A DNA stretch of 64,000 bases from Mobula hypostoma (GCF_963921235.1 NC_086097.1:18540001-18604000); one strand, 5' to 3'; positions 12,919 to 24,479 are shown, counted from the first letter of the stretch. Notes: generated by a model from the letters alone, not told the origin. A program made the numbers and translations.

Positions 12919-13401
12919 TCAAAGCACGTCCGCATGGGCAGCCACCCTGCGCGGGTCTCTGAAGTCTTCATCTGCTAGCAGGAGGTGGATGTCTTCTGGA
13001 ATTTGCTCCAAGAAGATCTGTTCAAAAAGCAGGCAAGGCTTATGGCCGTCTGCCAGCGCTAGCATATCGCTCATCAGGGCTGGTGGCATGCGGTCGCTTA
13101 GGCTGTCCATATGCAGTAACCACCCGGCCCGTTCACGGCAGGAGAGGCCAAATGTGTGGATTAACAGGGCCTTGAGTGCTTCGTACCTGTCTGTTGCCGG
13201 GGGCTGATGCAGAAAGTCGATAACGTGGCCCGCTGTCTCCTGGTTGAGGGTGCCCACCACGTAGTAATACCTGGTGGCGTCTGAGACAATTTGCCTGACC
13301 TGGAACTGGGCCTCTGCTTGCTCGAACCAGACCGGGGGTTGAGTGGTGCAGAAGGTTGGCAGTTTAAGGGAAACTGCATTCTGCAGAGCCGAGTCGTTCA
13401 T
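12919..13401 (-). pseudogene. Gypsy gag (N-terminal part)
   Basis: AVSLKLPTF....P.VWFEQAEAQF...RYYYVV motif immediately downstream of the PBS; premature stop. Confidence 0.85.
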
Positions 13402-13420
13402 GTCGGGTCCAAGTGCCATT

Positions 13421-13438
13421 GGACCATCAGGGTCACCA
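13421..13438 (-). promoter_or_regulatory. Primer binding site, tRNA-Trp-like
   Basis: Minus strand reads TGGTGACCCTGA one base after the 5' LTR, similar to the complement of the tRNA-Trp 3' end (TGGTGACCCCGA). Confidence 0.75.
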
Positions 13439-13439
13439 A

Positions 13440-13677
13440 TGTGGTCGCGCTGATACCCAACTGAGTGGAGCAGGATCTGGTTGAACTGTTTACTGTTTAA
13501 ATTTGTGCACGCTTAAGTGCCCGCTCCCAGCATCCCCTGCTCTTTGCAGGGCAGAAGTGACGTCGGCTTCCAGGCCGAGGTCTGCCCCGCACTCAGAGCC
13601 CTCTCGGTTGCCGCTGACTGCGGACTCACCCGCGACTGCTGGAGCCGGTTCGCTTGCCGCATGGGCAAGCTGCCGCA
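13440..13677 (-). repeat. 5' LTR of the Gypsy element
   Basis: Direct repeat of 9407-9662 with substitutions and a ~17-bp indel. Confidence 0.95.
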
Positions 13678-13934
13678 GTCTCCTCGTTTATTTCTACAAC
13701 CAAAGTGCATGACCATGCATTTTCCAACTTTGTATTTCATTTGCCACTCTCTTGCCAGTTCTCCCAATCTGTCTAAATCCTCTGCAGCCTACCTGCCCCT
13801 CCACCAATCTTTATATCATCTGCAAACTTGGCAACAAAGCCATCTATTCACTAAATAATTGATATACAGCCTAAAAAGAAATGGTCCCAACACCGACCCC
13901 TGTGGAACACCACAAGTTACTGGCAGCCAACCAG

Positions 13935-16351
13935 TACTATTGGAAGGCATGGTGTTGAAGTCATGAATGACAATGGTGAAAGACTTTGTGACCTTGTGAA
14001 ATGAACCGTCTTACAGTAGGAGGCACCATTTTCCAGCATAGAGATATCCACAAACTTACGTGGAAATCCCCAGATGGGAAAACAGAGAGTCAGATTGACC
14101 ATATCATTATCAACAACAAATGGAAGAGATCGCTCAACGATGTTTGGGTAAAAAGGCTAGTGGATGTTGGCAGCGATCACCATCTCCTTGCAGCAAAAGT
14201 GAAACTAAAATTGAGGAAAGTGAGAATGGGCTTAGGCAGAGGCCGACGCTTCGATTCCAGCAAACTTCAAAACTTCGAGATACAGAGAAAACTTACACTC
14301 AAACTTACAAATCGATTTAGCATACTTGGCAAAGATACTGATATGACAATCCACGACTTTAATAATGTGATGAAGGAGACTGGGATACCAAAAGAAATGG
14401 AAAGAAGAATGGATTAGTGAGACAACCTGGATGAAAATAACGAAACGGAAAGAAACCAAGAGAAAAATGCTGAGTACAACTTCCCGTCGCCTGAAGGAGA
14501 GACTTGCTGCTGAATATGCCGAGAATGACAACGATGTTAAATGAAGCTGCAGAAAGGACAAGTGACAGTATTTTGAGACACTTGCCTCAAAAGCTGAAGA
14601 AGCTGCAAAAAATATGGATATGAGAACATTATACAAAATAACCAAGTGCATGAAGGGGAACTATGGAAGTAAGCATGATATCCCTATAAAAGCAAAGGAT
14701 GGCAATATTATCAAAAACGAGAAAGGAATAACCACCAGATGGAAAGAACACTTTGAAGCAGTTTTGAATAGACCAACACCTCGAGAAACCGCTGAGATTT
14801 GAGAGAGTAATGAAGACCTTGATATCTCCACGGAACCACCTACAGTTGAAGAAGTCCAGCAAGCCAACAAGAAAATGAAATCAGGAAAGGCACCTGGAGA
14901 AGATGAGGTAAGTGCAGAAATGCTTAAGGGTGAGGTGGCAGAGAAATATGCCGTGTGCTGTGTCAAATCTTTAACACCATCTGGAAAAGTGAAAGAATGC
15001 CTGAGGAGTGGAAAACTGGACTTATTGTAAAACTGCCAAAGAAAGGAGATTTAAGTATATGCAACAACTGGAGAGCTGTTACACTCCTCTCAATTACAAG
15101 CAAAGTTTTCAGTTGCATCTTGCTAAATTAGCTTTCAGAGGTTGTGGAAGATATCATCCGGAAAGAGCAAGCTGGCTTTAGAAAAGGTCAATCTTGCATA
15201 GACCATATATTCGTACTAAGACAAATTCTCAAACAATCTGCAGAGTGGAACAGCAATCTTTATGTACTATTTGTGGACTTCAAAAAAACATTTGACACTC
15301 TGGAAAATTTTAAGAAGATACAGATTTCCCCAAAAAATTGTAAACATTATCCAAATGATGTACAGCGACTTTCAGTGCAAGGTGATTTCTGGAAAGCAAC
15401 TGACAGAAAGCTTCAGGGTATGCACAGAAGTTAAACAGGGATGTGTACTATCAGCTTTTCTCTTTATTTTAGCAATGGATTGGCTTATGAGGGAAACAAT
15501 CACAGAAAAGAAACGAGGTATTCAATGGACACTTACCTCAACACTTGAAGACCTAGTTTTTGCTGATGATATCAGTCTGCTAGCGAGTCGTCATTGTGAC
15601 ATTCAGGAGAAATCAGACAGACTTACATCATATGGATTGCAACTTGGGAAGAACATTCAAGTGAGAAAAACAAAGATCATGAAGATGAATGCTTCCAACC
15701 TCCAACCAGTAATCATCAATAATCAGCAAGTGGAAGAGGTAGATGAGTTCACGTACCTTGGGAGTAAAGTCAGCACTGATGGAGATAGTGGTAAGGACGT
15801 CTTAGCAAGACTATCTAAAGCAAATCAAGCTTTTGGCAGCCTCAATGCAGTTTGGAAATCCATACAACTCAAACTTAACACCAAAATCAGAATTTTTAAA
15901 AGCAATGTCCTAAGCGTGCTACTTTATGGAAGTGGATTTTGGAAGATGACGAAAGACATCTGCAAGAAACTTGATATATTCCAGACAAAATGTCTACGAC
16001 GTATCAAGAAGATCTTCTGGCCTGAGAAAATCAGAAACCAAGACTTGCTTACATCTTGCAATATGGAATCAATCTCAATTTGTGTGAAAAGAAGACGATG
16101 GAGATGACTGGGCCATGTAATGAGAATGCCAAATGATCAACTAACAAAAGTAGGACTAAGGTGAACCCCACAGAGAAAGCGAAGTACGGGCAGGCCCAAA
16201 ATGATGTGGTGAAGATCAGTGGAAGCAGAACTGAAAGAAGTAGGCATGAACTGGGTAACGGCGAGCAGCAGAGCGAAAGACTGGCAGAAATGGAAGACCC
16301 TTGTGGAGGCCCCATGTGCCACCTAGGCACTTAAGGGTTCAGACGACGACG
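13935..16351 (+). mobile_element. RTE-clade LINE, 5'-truncated within the endonuclease, decayed
   Basis: HRDIHKLTWKSPDGKTESQIDHI (APE endonuclease end), RKEQAGFRKGQSCIDHIFVLR, QGCVLS, FADD, SVLLYGS. (gac)n tail; TSD aaccag at 13929-13934 and 16352-16357. Confidence 0.9.
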
Positions 16352-16809
16352 AACCAGAAAAGGATCCTTTTATTCCCACTCACGGCCTCCTAACAATTAG
16401 CCAGTGCTCTAACCATGCAAGTAACCTTCCTGTAATACCACGGGCTCTTAACTTGGGAAGCAGCTTCATGTGTGGCACCTTGTCAAAGGCCTTCTGAAAG
16501 TCCAAATATACAACAGCCACTGCATCCCCTTTATCTATCCTCGAAGAATTCTAACAGGTTCATCAGGTGAGATTATCCCTTCAGGAAACCATGCTGACTT
16601 TGTCTTATCTTGTCCTGTGTCACCAAGTTCTCCATAACTTCATGCTTAACAATTGACTCTAACATCTTCCTAACCACTGAGGTCAGGCTAATTGGTCAAT
16701 AATTTCCTTTCTGCTGTCTTCCTCCTTTCTTAAAGAGTGGGATGGCATTTGCAATTTTCCAGTCCTCTGGCACCATGCAACAGTCCGATGATTTTTAAAA
16801 GACCATTTC

Positions 16810-17350
16810 TTTCTTTCTTTCTTTCTTTTTTTTAGATTTTAAATTTACAAAATTACAAAAAACAAACAAAAAACAACAAAAAAAATTACAGCACATCCAC
16901 AAAAACCACAATCATAACAAAATCAAATTAAATATAGAGCAGCAAAAGGGAGAAAAATATAAAGGCAAAAGTAAACACACACAGCAGAGGTGCACCGCAC
17001 CAAAACATCTCAGTCCTCACCCCGTGAGAAAGCCAATACAGGACCCCATATCCTTTCAAAGATGTCCCCTCTGTCCTCACTACATAGTCTCTGTCTCTCC
17101 AAATGTAAAGTATTTGCCAGTTCTCTTCGCCACAGATAGTACGTAGGCACAGAGTCCATTTTCCATATTTGCAGGATTAACTTCTTAGCAATCACTATTC
17201 CAAACAAAACAGCCATTTTTTCATACATATTGGCTGAAGATAGGGAGTTTGTTGCTCCAAGCATGGCTATGAGCGGGTCTGGTTCCCACCGCTTCCCAAG
17301 AGCCTCAGAGAAACAGTGAAAAATACTTTTCCAGTATGCATAAAGCTTAC
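16810..17350 (-). mobile_element. L1/Tx1-type LINE 3' end
   Basis: ORF 17010-17264 AKKLILQIWK...W..EL...LE......IWGP resembles fish-type L1 ORF2 C-termini; T-rich tract at ~16810-16833 is the poly-A on the minus strand. Confidence 0.75.
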
Positions 17351-17779
17351 ACTGGGCATTCTTTCTAGACAGTGACGCTACCTGAACGCCAAGGCATTAC
17401 AGAATGGGCATGACCGGGTCTCTATAGTGCCCCCTAGTGACTCAGGTGAGGATGATGGTTATGAAACAATAAGATTGGGAGCTCTTTGTATCACTGCTTG
17501 CTCCAATAAAGGAGAAAGCAGCGAAGATATGTGGGACTGAAGATGAATCCCATGAAAGCAGACTAACAGTGAATTATCAGGTTGCTACTCAATGTATTGG
17601 CAAGCTAACCCATATAGTGATAGGTCCATTCACTATTGCTCAACCACTCAACAATCTGCTGAAAGGCTGTAAGTGCTCAAGCAACCCTGTGACTTAATGA
17701 AGGACAATTAGAAGTATCTCAGACTTTAAACGTGTACTGCAACTGCATTAAGAGTCTCTGATACAGAAAAGTCATTTAC

Positions 17780-19060
17780 TCTGTGTGTCAACGAGAAACA
17801 CATGATGGTAGTCGTAACTCAAACACATGCAGGCTGACAGTCTCCATTGATTTTCACTCTGTCAAAGGTCAATATCCTGATGGTTCCTTAATAATTGAGA
17901 GAGGAACTATGACTCCTGGTATCTTTACACAACAAGCAGAACAAAAAGCTCTGATCGAATGCTGTAAGTTGGCAGAAGGAAGATCAGCTAATATCTACAC
18001 TGATTTTTGATTTGCCTTTGGAGTTGATCATGATTTTGGAAACTTTTGGAAACAAAGAGGATTTCTTACAGCTGTAGGAACCCCAATCAATAATGGCCAA
18101 CTACTACAAGAATTCATGAATGTCATACAACAGCCATCAGAAATTGCTGTATTAAAATGTAAAAGTCACCGCAAAATGACTGCAAGGGAAAGCCATGGAA
18201 ATGAATTTGTGGATGAAATTGAAAAAAGAGCAACACAGGCAAGGGTAAAAGAAGTTAAAAAGGTCAAAGAATTGGAAGAAGTACCGAGAACGTATCCAGT
18301 GAACCTAACAACTGAAGTTATGGAAACAATGTTGAACTCTGTGTCAAAGGCAAACATACAAGATTGAAGAGATGAGAATTCGATGCTCTAACTGTGAAAA
18401 GTGGTTCTGGATGGAGAATGGTGAGAAGTTAAACAGAGATGGAGTATGAAGATCTGGCACTAGTTACAGACTAGTAGCTCCAACTATGTTGCTTCCTTAT
18501 CTGGCACAGCAGATACACACCTTAGTACACATTGCAGTGGAAAAGATGATCAACAGATTTTCCCAGTGATGATGGAATCCAAAATAAAGGGCCCAAGCTT
18601 GACAAATGCTTGAAAGATGCATGACGTACCAGAAAATGAATCATTAAGTAACAGAAAAGCTACCACAAATAAGTGCTTCTGCTCCACCTGGTCCATTTTT
18701 ACACTTCTAAGTGAGATTTATTACTTTGCCAAAGTGTCAAGGATATTCAGATGTACTGGTAAAAGTGGACAAGATTTCAAGGTAGTTGGTAGCTATTCTA
18801 GAAAGGAAAGCCACTGCCATACACACAGCAAAACTCTTTTATTAGGAGGGTTTGTCAGGAATTATGTCAACTGGTGAACTTTGAACATCGTCCACATCAC
18901 CCAGAGTCATCAGGAAACGTTGACTGAATGAATGGAGCCATCAAACAATGACTGACTAAGTATCATGAGGAAGGTGTCCTCTGGTTTTATGTAGCATCAG
19001 GGCAAACCAAACAAGAAAGTTAAATAAAGTCCATTTGAGGTCGCATGTCCCACAGTATGT
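17780..19060 (+). pseudogene. Endogenous retrovirus pol remnant (RNase H and integrase N-terminus), class I-like
   Basis: One frame reads QQAEQKALIECCKLAEGRSANIYTDF*FAFGVDHDFGNFWKQRGFLTAVGTPINNG..PSEIAVLKCKSH..HGNEFVD, followed by integrase-like LVAP..IHTLVH..WNPK..RCMTYQK and APPGPF. Confidence 0.8.
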
Positions 19061-19244
19061 CCCTGCTGGATACTACCTCAAGTATCTAACACTACACTGT
19101 ACTGCTGCTCAGAGGTCCCAACCTGACACTTTACAAAGCTCAAAATTGAATTCAACAACTTCAGGTTTCTATTAGTGCTGACCAGTTTTGGTGAAAGATC
19201 ATCAAACTCTTCCCAGATGTTGCCTCATTTATTTTTTTTATTTA

Positions 19245-20957
19245 TATTTTTCTTTTCCAATATTTTTTATTGATTTCTATATAGAAGAATACAGAGTTCA
19301 AGAGAATACATATAAAACAAAAGAAAAAAATATAATAATACCAGATACAGTATATTAAATCACATTAATAAACTCCTTACTCTATATTCATATGGATTAG
19401 ATTAATTTGTATATTAGAATATAAACAGTTTTATTAAAAAAAGAATCTACACCCACTACCAAAGTCGAAGCTGTTTGGGAAAAAAAAAGAAGAAAAACCT
19501 TATCAGATAATAAAATAAACTATTAATCACCTTCTGTACTTTAAAACGAAGTCAAAGATTATGAAAATAATTTTAAAATGGCCCCCACAAATTTTGAAAA
19601 TCTTGGTTAGATTCAGAAATTGAACAATGAATCTTTTCTAAATTTAGGCATGCCATAACATCCCATAACCACTGAGCATGATTAGGCGGAATATCATCCT
19701 TCCATTTAAACAAAAGCGCCCTCCTAGCCGTAAGCGAGATAAAAGCCCGAATGTGCAGATCAGATGTCTTCAAGATGATATCTTTCCTTCCAACAATACC
19801 AGATAGGGCAGTCAAAGGATTAGGCTTAAAATTTACTTTAAAGAGTACAGAAAAAGTTTGGAATACTGCCTTCCAATATTTTCCAAGACTTGGGCACATC
19901 CAAAGCATATGAATAAGTGAAGCTTCTCCATTGTTACATCTATCACAGAAGGGAGATATATCCCTATAAAAACTAGATAACTTATCCTTGGTCATATAAG
20001 CCCTATGAACCACTTTAAATTGCAGGAGGGAATGATGAGCACACAGTGATGAAGTATTAACCAACCTAAAAATCTCATTCCAAGTTCCTTCAGAAATTGA
20101 GGTCTGTAAATCTTGTTCCCAAAGATTTTTAATCTTGTCTAAAGATTCATTTCTCATTCTCAACTACTACTACTACTACGTCGACTCAGGCCTAGGGGCC
20201 GGCGTCGGGCACGATGACGGACTCTCCACTTCTCCCTCTCCCTCATCAGTGTGTTCAGTTCATCTACATTAGCCGGGCCGCTGTCTTCTAGGAGCGTATT
20301 GACCATCGTCTTGGGAGAGCGCCTAGGGTTCATCCTCTCATGCTTGGGCTCCCATATGATGACTAACTAGGCTGGCAGGTAGCTCGGGGTGGCGTAGACA
20401 GTGCCCTGATAGTTGCAGTCTTCTCGCCTCGATTTTAGTGGTGAGCATCGGTAGGTTGTTATAGAGCCCGATGTTTGTCATGTGTTGTTGCCAACTCACG
20501 TCAAGAGCCATCCGGACATTCGTGTATAGCAACCATCTAGAGACTTTCACATAGTCTTGGTGAGTGTCCACGTCTTGCATCCGTACGTGAGAATAGACTC
20601 TATGACTGCTATGAAAATCCTCTTTTTAAGCCCTCTGGTCAGGTTCGACTTCCAGATTTCCTTCATTCCCATCAACATATCATAAATATTGGATATTGAG
20701 CCATTAGAGAATGGTTTCATATTAAGAATTTCATCTAATACGTTCTTATCAGGTCTATTAGGAAATGTATATAATTCAGATCGCAGAAAATCTCTGAATT
20801 GTAAGTACCAAAAAAAATGGGTTTTTGGTGTACTATATTTAGTTGACAATTGTTCAAACGAAGAAAGACTTCCTCCCACAAACAGATCCCGGAAACATAT
20901 AATGCCCAATCTTTCCCATTGTTTAAAGTCTACATCAGTCATAGAAGGCTTAAAAAA
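19245..20957 (-). mobile_element. L1/Tx1-type LINE 3' portion, interrupted at 20163-20662
   Basis: ORF 19573-20163 has a C-terminal zinc motif (LLQFKVVHR..CDRC....SLIHMLWMCP..YW) and continues upstream as FKQWERLGIICFRDLF..HFFWYLQFRDF. Confidence 0.85.
20163..20662 (-). mobile_element. RTE/RTEX-like LINE 3' end with (TAG)n tail
   Basis: KEIWKSNL..KKRIFIAVIESILTYGCKTWTL and RRLQLSGHCLRHPE; (cta)n at 20163-20177; flanks tcattctca (20154-20162) and tcattccca (20663-20671). Confidence 0.8.
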
Positions 20958-20984
20958 ATTTTTTTTTTATATTTTTATCCAGAG

Positions 20985-21180
20985 ATTCAGCTGGGTAGCA
21001 GGCCCTTCTGGCCAACTGGCCCGCACTGCCCAATTACATCCATGTGACCAATTAACCCACTAACCCTTACATCTTTGGACTGTGAGAGGAAACTGGAACA
21101 CTCAGAGGAAGCCCATGTGGTTACAGGGAGAACATACACACTGTACTCCATTCGGACAGCTGGGGGAATTGAACCCAGGT
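20985..21180 (-). mobile_element. tRNA-derived SINE (V-SINE/HE1-like)
   Basis: Reverse complement of the SINE body (gggttcaattcc...tgtatgttctccctgtaacc...ttcctctcacagtccaaagatgt) shared with 29487-29730. Confidence 0.7.
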
Positions 21181-21526
21181 GTACTGAGTCTTTCATTTCA
21201 AATTCCTGACATCTTCAGTGTTTTATATCTCATAATTCCACTATTGCATTTCTCTTTCTTTGGTCTTCAATCAATCCTTTTATTTCCTTGTATGCCTTCA
21301 CCATGTGCTCTCAACTGGCAGTACCATTGGTGTCATTCAGTTTCTTTCACTCCCCACCCTATCATAGACATCCCATGTTCTCAACTCCATTGTTCTCCCC
21401 ATATCCTCCCCTTCTCTGGAACTTAAAACATGTTTCATTTCCAACCTTTCCTTGTTCTGATAAAAGACCATAAAAGTGAATTATTAACCCTGTTTCTCTC
21501 TCCATGGCTGCTGCCTCATCAGTTGA

Positions 21527-21980
21527 GCATTCTGGGAATGAAAGGGTTAACATATGAGGAGCATTTGGCAGCTTTGGGCCTGTACTCACGGGAATGTAGA
21601 ATAATGTGGAGGGGGGGATTTCATTGAAACCTGCCAAATGTTGAAAGGACTAGATAGGGTGGGTGTGGAGAGGATGTTTTCTGTGGTGGGGGTATCTAGG
21701 ACTAGAGGGCACAGCCTTGAAATTGAGGGGCGACCTTTTAGAACAGATGTAAGGAGGAACTTCTTTTAACCAGAGAGCAGTGAATTTGTGCAATACTGTG
21801 CCATAGACTGCATGAGGGCCAAGTCTGAGAGTGTAGTTAAAGCAGAAGTTGATAGTTTTCTAATTGGTCAGGACATCAAAGGTGAGAAGGCAGGTGTATG
21901 GGATTGAGTGGGATTTGGGATCGGCCATGATGGAATGGCAGAGAAGACGATGGGCTGAATGGCCTAATTGTGCTCCTAGG
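21527..21980 (+). mobile_element. CR1 3' fragment
   Basis: GMKGLTYEEHLAALGLYS, followed by a CR1 3' UTR (cagccatgatggaatggc...tggcctaatt-like). Confidence 0.85.
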
Positions 21981-22403
21981 AGTAGAAGTAGACCAATCGA
22001 CACCCTTAGACTACTCTGTCATTTAACAAGATCGTGGCTGATCTGAATGGAAGACACATTTCTGCCTATCTTCAGCAACCTTTTAAGACTCCACCCCAGC
22101 TGATTAAGAACCCAGCTACCAGATTATTTCAGAATCTCAAGTCTCTACATACTCTTATTAGGCAGACCATTCACATTGGTCACCAACTTTAGCCCTAGCT
22201 GGTCCCTCTTGGACATTGGTCCACAAGTTCCACAGTGGTTAGCTTAGGAATGTAGTGGTGAACTCTCTCCCATCCCAATATGATTGCGACAAGGAACATT
22301 GAACATCTAAACAAAAGGTTAAGAAGAGCCATTAAAGATACCTTATGAAAACACTGATACAAATGTACAGAAATTGATGTAGAGCATAATTTTCTGGTCA
22401 CTT

Positions 22404-22785
22404 TGGGTGGTGGGGTGAATATACACCTCTATCAAAGGGATGTAAAGTGCTCCTTCTCTGCACTAGCCTGCTGATCATTCTTGGACAAGGTGTATCATCT
22501 GCTTAGCTTCCCCAGTCAGTGTTACATGGAGCCATGGGAGCAGGTGGTGGATGGTCGTATGAGTCGCTGGTGCATATCACAAGTCCTGGTTATGTGACCA
22601 CTGACACCAGGCAGACAATCTCTGTAGAGTATTGACAATGGTTGGGGGTCACCCATCTTACAAAGACATTGCCCAGAAGAAGGTGATGTCAAATCATTTC
22701 TGTAGAAAACTTTGACAAGACCAATCATGGTAAAAGACCATGATTGCCCACGTCATACAGCACAGTACATATTGGTGATGATGAA
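22404..22785 (+). mobile_element. Non-autonomous SINE-like repeat with an RTE-related segment (copy 1)
   Basis: Homologous over ~370 bp to the reverse complement of 54995-55366; (gat)n tail. Confidence 0.65.
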
Positions 22786-22984
22786 GAGAGGGTCATTAGC
22801 TTATGGAGATAGCAAGGTTGGTGCAGAACGCCCCATCACTGATGCCACTTTAGGAGTACCTGCTAAGAGGTTGGTTTAATTCAGATATGTGTATTAATAA
22901 AAAGTTATTGAATTACAGATGTTACAAGTTGTCTAAGTCAGGATTGTGTCATATCAAGGTTACTGTGTTTTGTAGTCATAAATT

Positions 22985-23480
22985 CACAGCCATATAACAT
23001 GTAAACAGGCCCACTGTCCTATTCAGTCCATACCAAACAAAATCCCACCTAAGCTCTCCCCAACTGCCTGTGTTTGGCTCATAGCTCTCCAAACTTCTCC
23101 CATCCATGTCTCATCCAAGTGACTTTTACATCTGGCTCCACCACTTCTTCTGACATTTCATTCCATATCTGCACCACCCACTGTGTGAAGAAATTGCCTC
23201 CCAGGTTTCTATTAAATCTCACCCATTTCACACTAAACCTATGCCCTCTAGTCTTGATTCCTCAACTGTAGGAAAAAGACTGTGCACATTCACCCTGTCT
23301 ATGTCTCACGTAATTGTGTACACCTCTGCAAGATCTCCCATCATTCTCAAATGCTCCAACGAAGGAAATCTCAACCTGATCAACTTCTCTCCTTATTCTC
23401 TCCCTCGAGTTCTGGCAACAACCTTGTAAATCTCCTCTGCACTCTTTTCAGCTTAATGTCATCTTTCCTTTACTAAACTG
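22985..23480 (-). mobile_element. Old CR1-like 3' fragment
   Basis: caccacccactgtgtgaagaaattgcc and ttgtaaatctcctctgcactc are reverse complements of FFTQ.VV and VQRRFT motifs. Confidence 0.7.
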
Positions 23481-23775
23481 AACAAATCTAAACTTGTATT
23501 AGAGAATCTCTGGGACAAGTAAAAGAGGAACTTTGACAGAGTAATTGGGACCAGTTAACATGAAGGCAAAAGCTCACTGTTTTGTTTATTAGCTTGGCAA
23601 GGCTCGCCGGAAAGTACAGACGGCAGTGAAGTACATGATGCCCAATGCAAAACAGACTTGATGTAAGTGGAGAGTTACTTGAAATGAACTAAGTTAAAAA
23701 TTCAGGTATCAGGCGTCACCAAGGAGCATTGTATGAAAGAACTGAAGATCCATGTTTACTAACTCTTCCTTCAGT

Positions 23776-23813
23776 TAGTCCTGCCGAAGGGTCTCGACCT
23801 GAAACGTCGACTA
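23776..23813 (+). ncRNA. Minimal type-I hammerhead ribozyme motif with a core variant (CUGCCGA)
   Basis: tagtc-CTGCCGA-agg(gtctcga)cct-GAAA-cgTC^gacta: 5-bp stem I, 3-bp stem II, ACGU palindromic mini stem III, GUC site ending at 23808. Confidence 0.65.
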
Positions 23814-24232
23814 TACCTCTTCCTAGAGATGCTGCCTGGCCTGCTGCATTCACCAGCAACTTTAATGTGTGTTGCTTGAATTTCCAGCATCTGCAGAATT
23901 CCTGTTGTTTGCGTTTTAAAATTCACTACTGCAAAGCCTCTTCCGGTGATGCCTACACCAAAGAAGTTGTCTTCGACGGGAGTTCAGTGAAACCATCTCT
24001 CACTGCTCCCCATCTGTAATTTCTTCGGCTCTTCAACTTTTCGACCACATTTTGACTCAGACTCGCTATCACAGCCATATATCCTTTCTTGGAACGTGAT
24101 CCTCTCATATTCCCTTTGCCAATCACCTGTCCAGCTCTTGGCTCCATCCCTCTCCCTCCTGTCTTCTCCTATCATTTTGGATCTCACCCTCCCCCTCCCA
24201 CTTTCATATCTCTTACTAACTCTTCCTTCAGT

Positions 24233-24270
24233 TAGTCCTGACGAAGGGTCTCGGCCTGAAACATCGACTG
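24233..24270 (+). ncRNA. Minimal type-I hammerhead ribozyme motif with intact CUGANGA/GAAA core
   Basis: tagtc-CTGACGA-agg(gtctcgg)cct-GAAA-caTC^gactg; predicted cleavage after 24265 (AUC triplet). Confidence 0.75.
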
Positions 24271-24479
24271 TACCTCTTCCTAGAGATGCTGCCTGGCCTG
24301 CTGTGTTCACCAGCAACTTTGATGTGTGTTGCTTGAATTTCCAGCATCTGCAGAATTCCTGTTGTTTACATTGTGTTGTTTTCCTGAAGGCGATGTTTTA
24401 CATAATGGTCCACAGTTTTGGTTATTTCAGTTTGAGCTATGAAATGAAATACAATCCTACACCAGTGGGATTCACCAAT

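Larger units (their letters stand above)
9407..13677 (-). mobile_element. Full-span Ty3/Gypsy LTR retrotransposon with decayed ORFs
   Basis: Two TG...CA LTRs (9407-9662 and 13440-13677), 4-bp TSD gtct (9403-9406 and 13678-13681), PBS and PPT, and gag-PR-RT-RH-IN order on the minus strand. Confidence 0.95.
8692..16808 (-). mobile_element. Older CR1 (RT region) broken into three pieces (8692-9406, 13678-13934, 16352-16808) by Gypsy and RTE insertions
   Basis: Reverse-complement tail ccataagaccatagg at 8692; QRRFTRM..LGLYSLEFRR ORF. The sequence rejoins colinearly across both insertions. Confidence 0.85.
23756..24367 (+). mobile_element. Internally deleted Penelope-like element with two 155-bp direct repeats, each carrying a hammerhead motif
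   Basis: 23756-23910 repeats at 24213-24367 (offset 457). The spacer has an ORF-like start (LRREFSETISHCSPSVISSALQLFDHILTQTRYHSHISFLGT) fused to the pyrimidine-rich PLE 3' tract. Confidence 0.8.
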
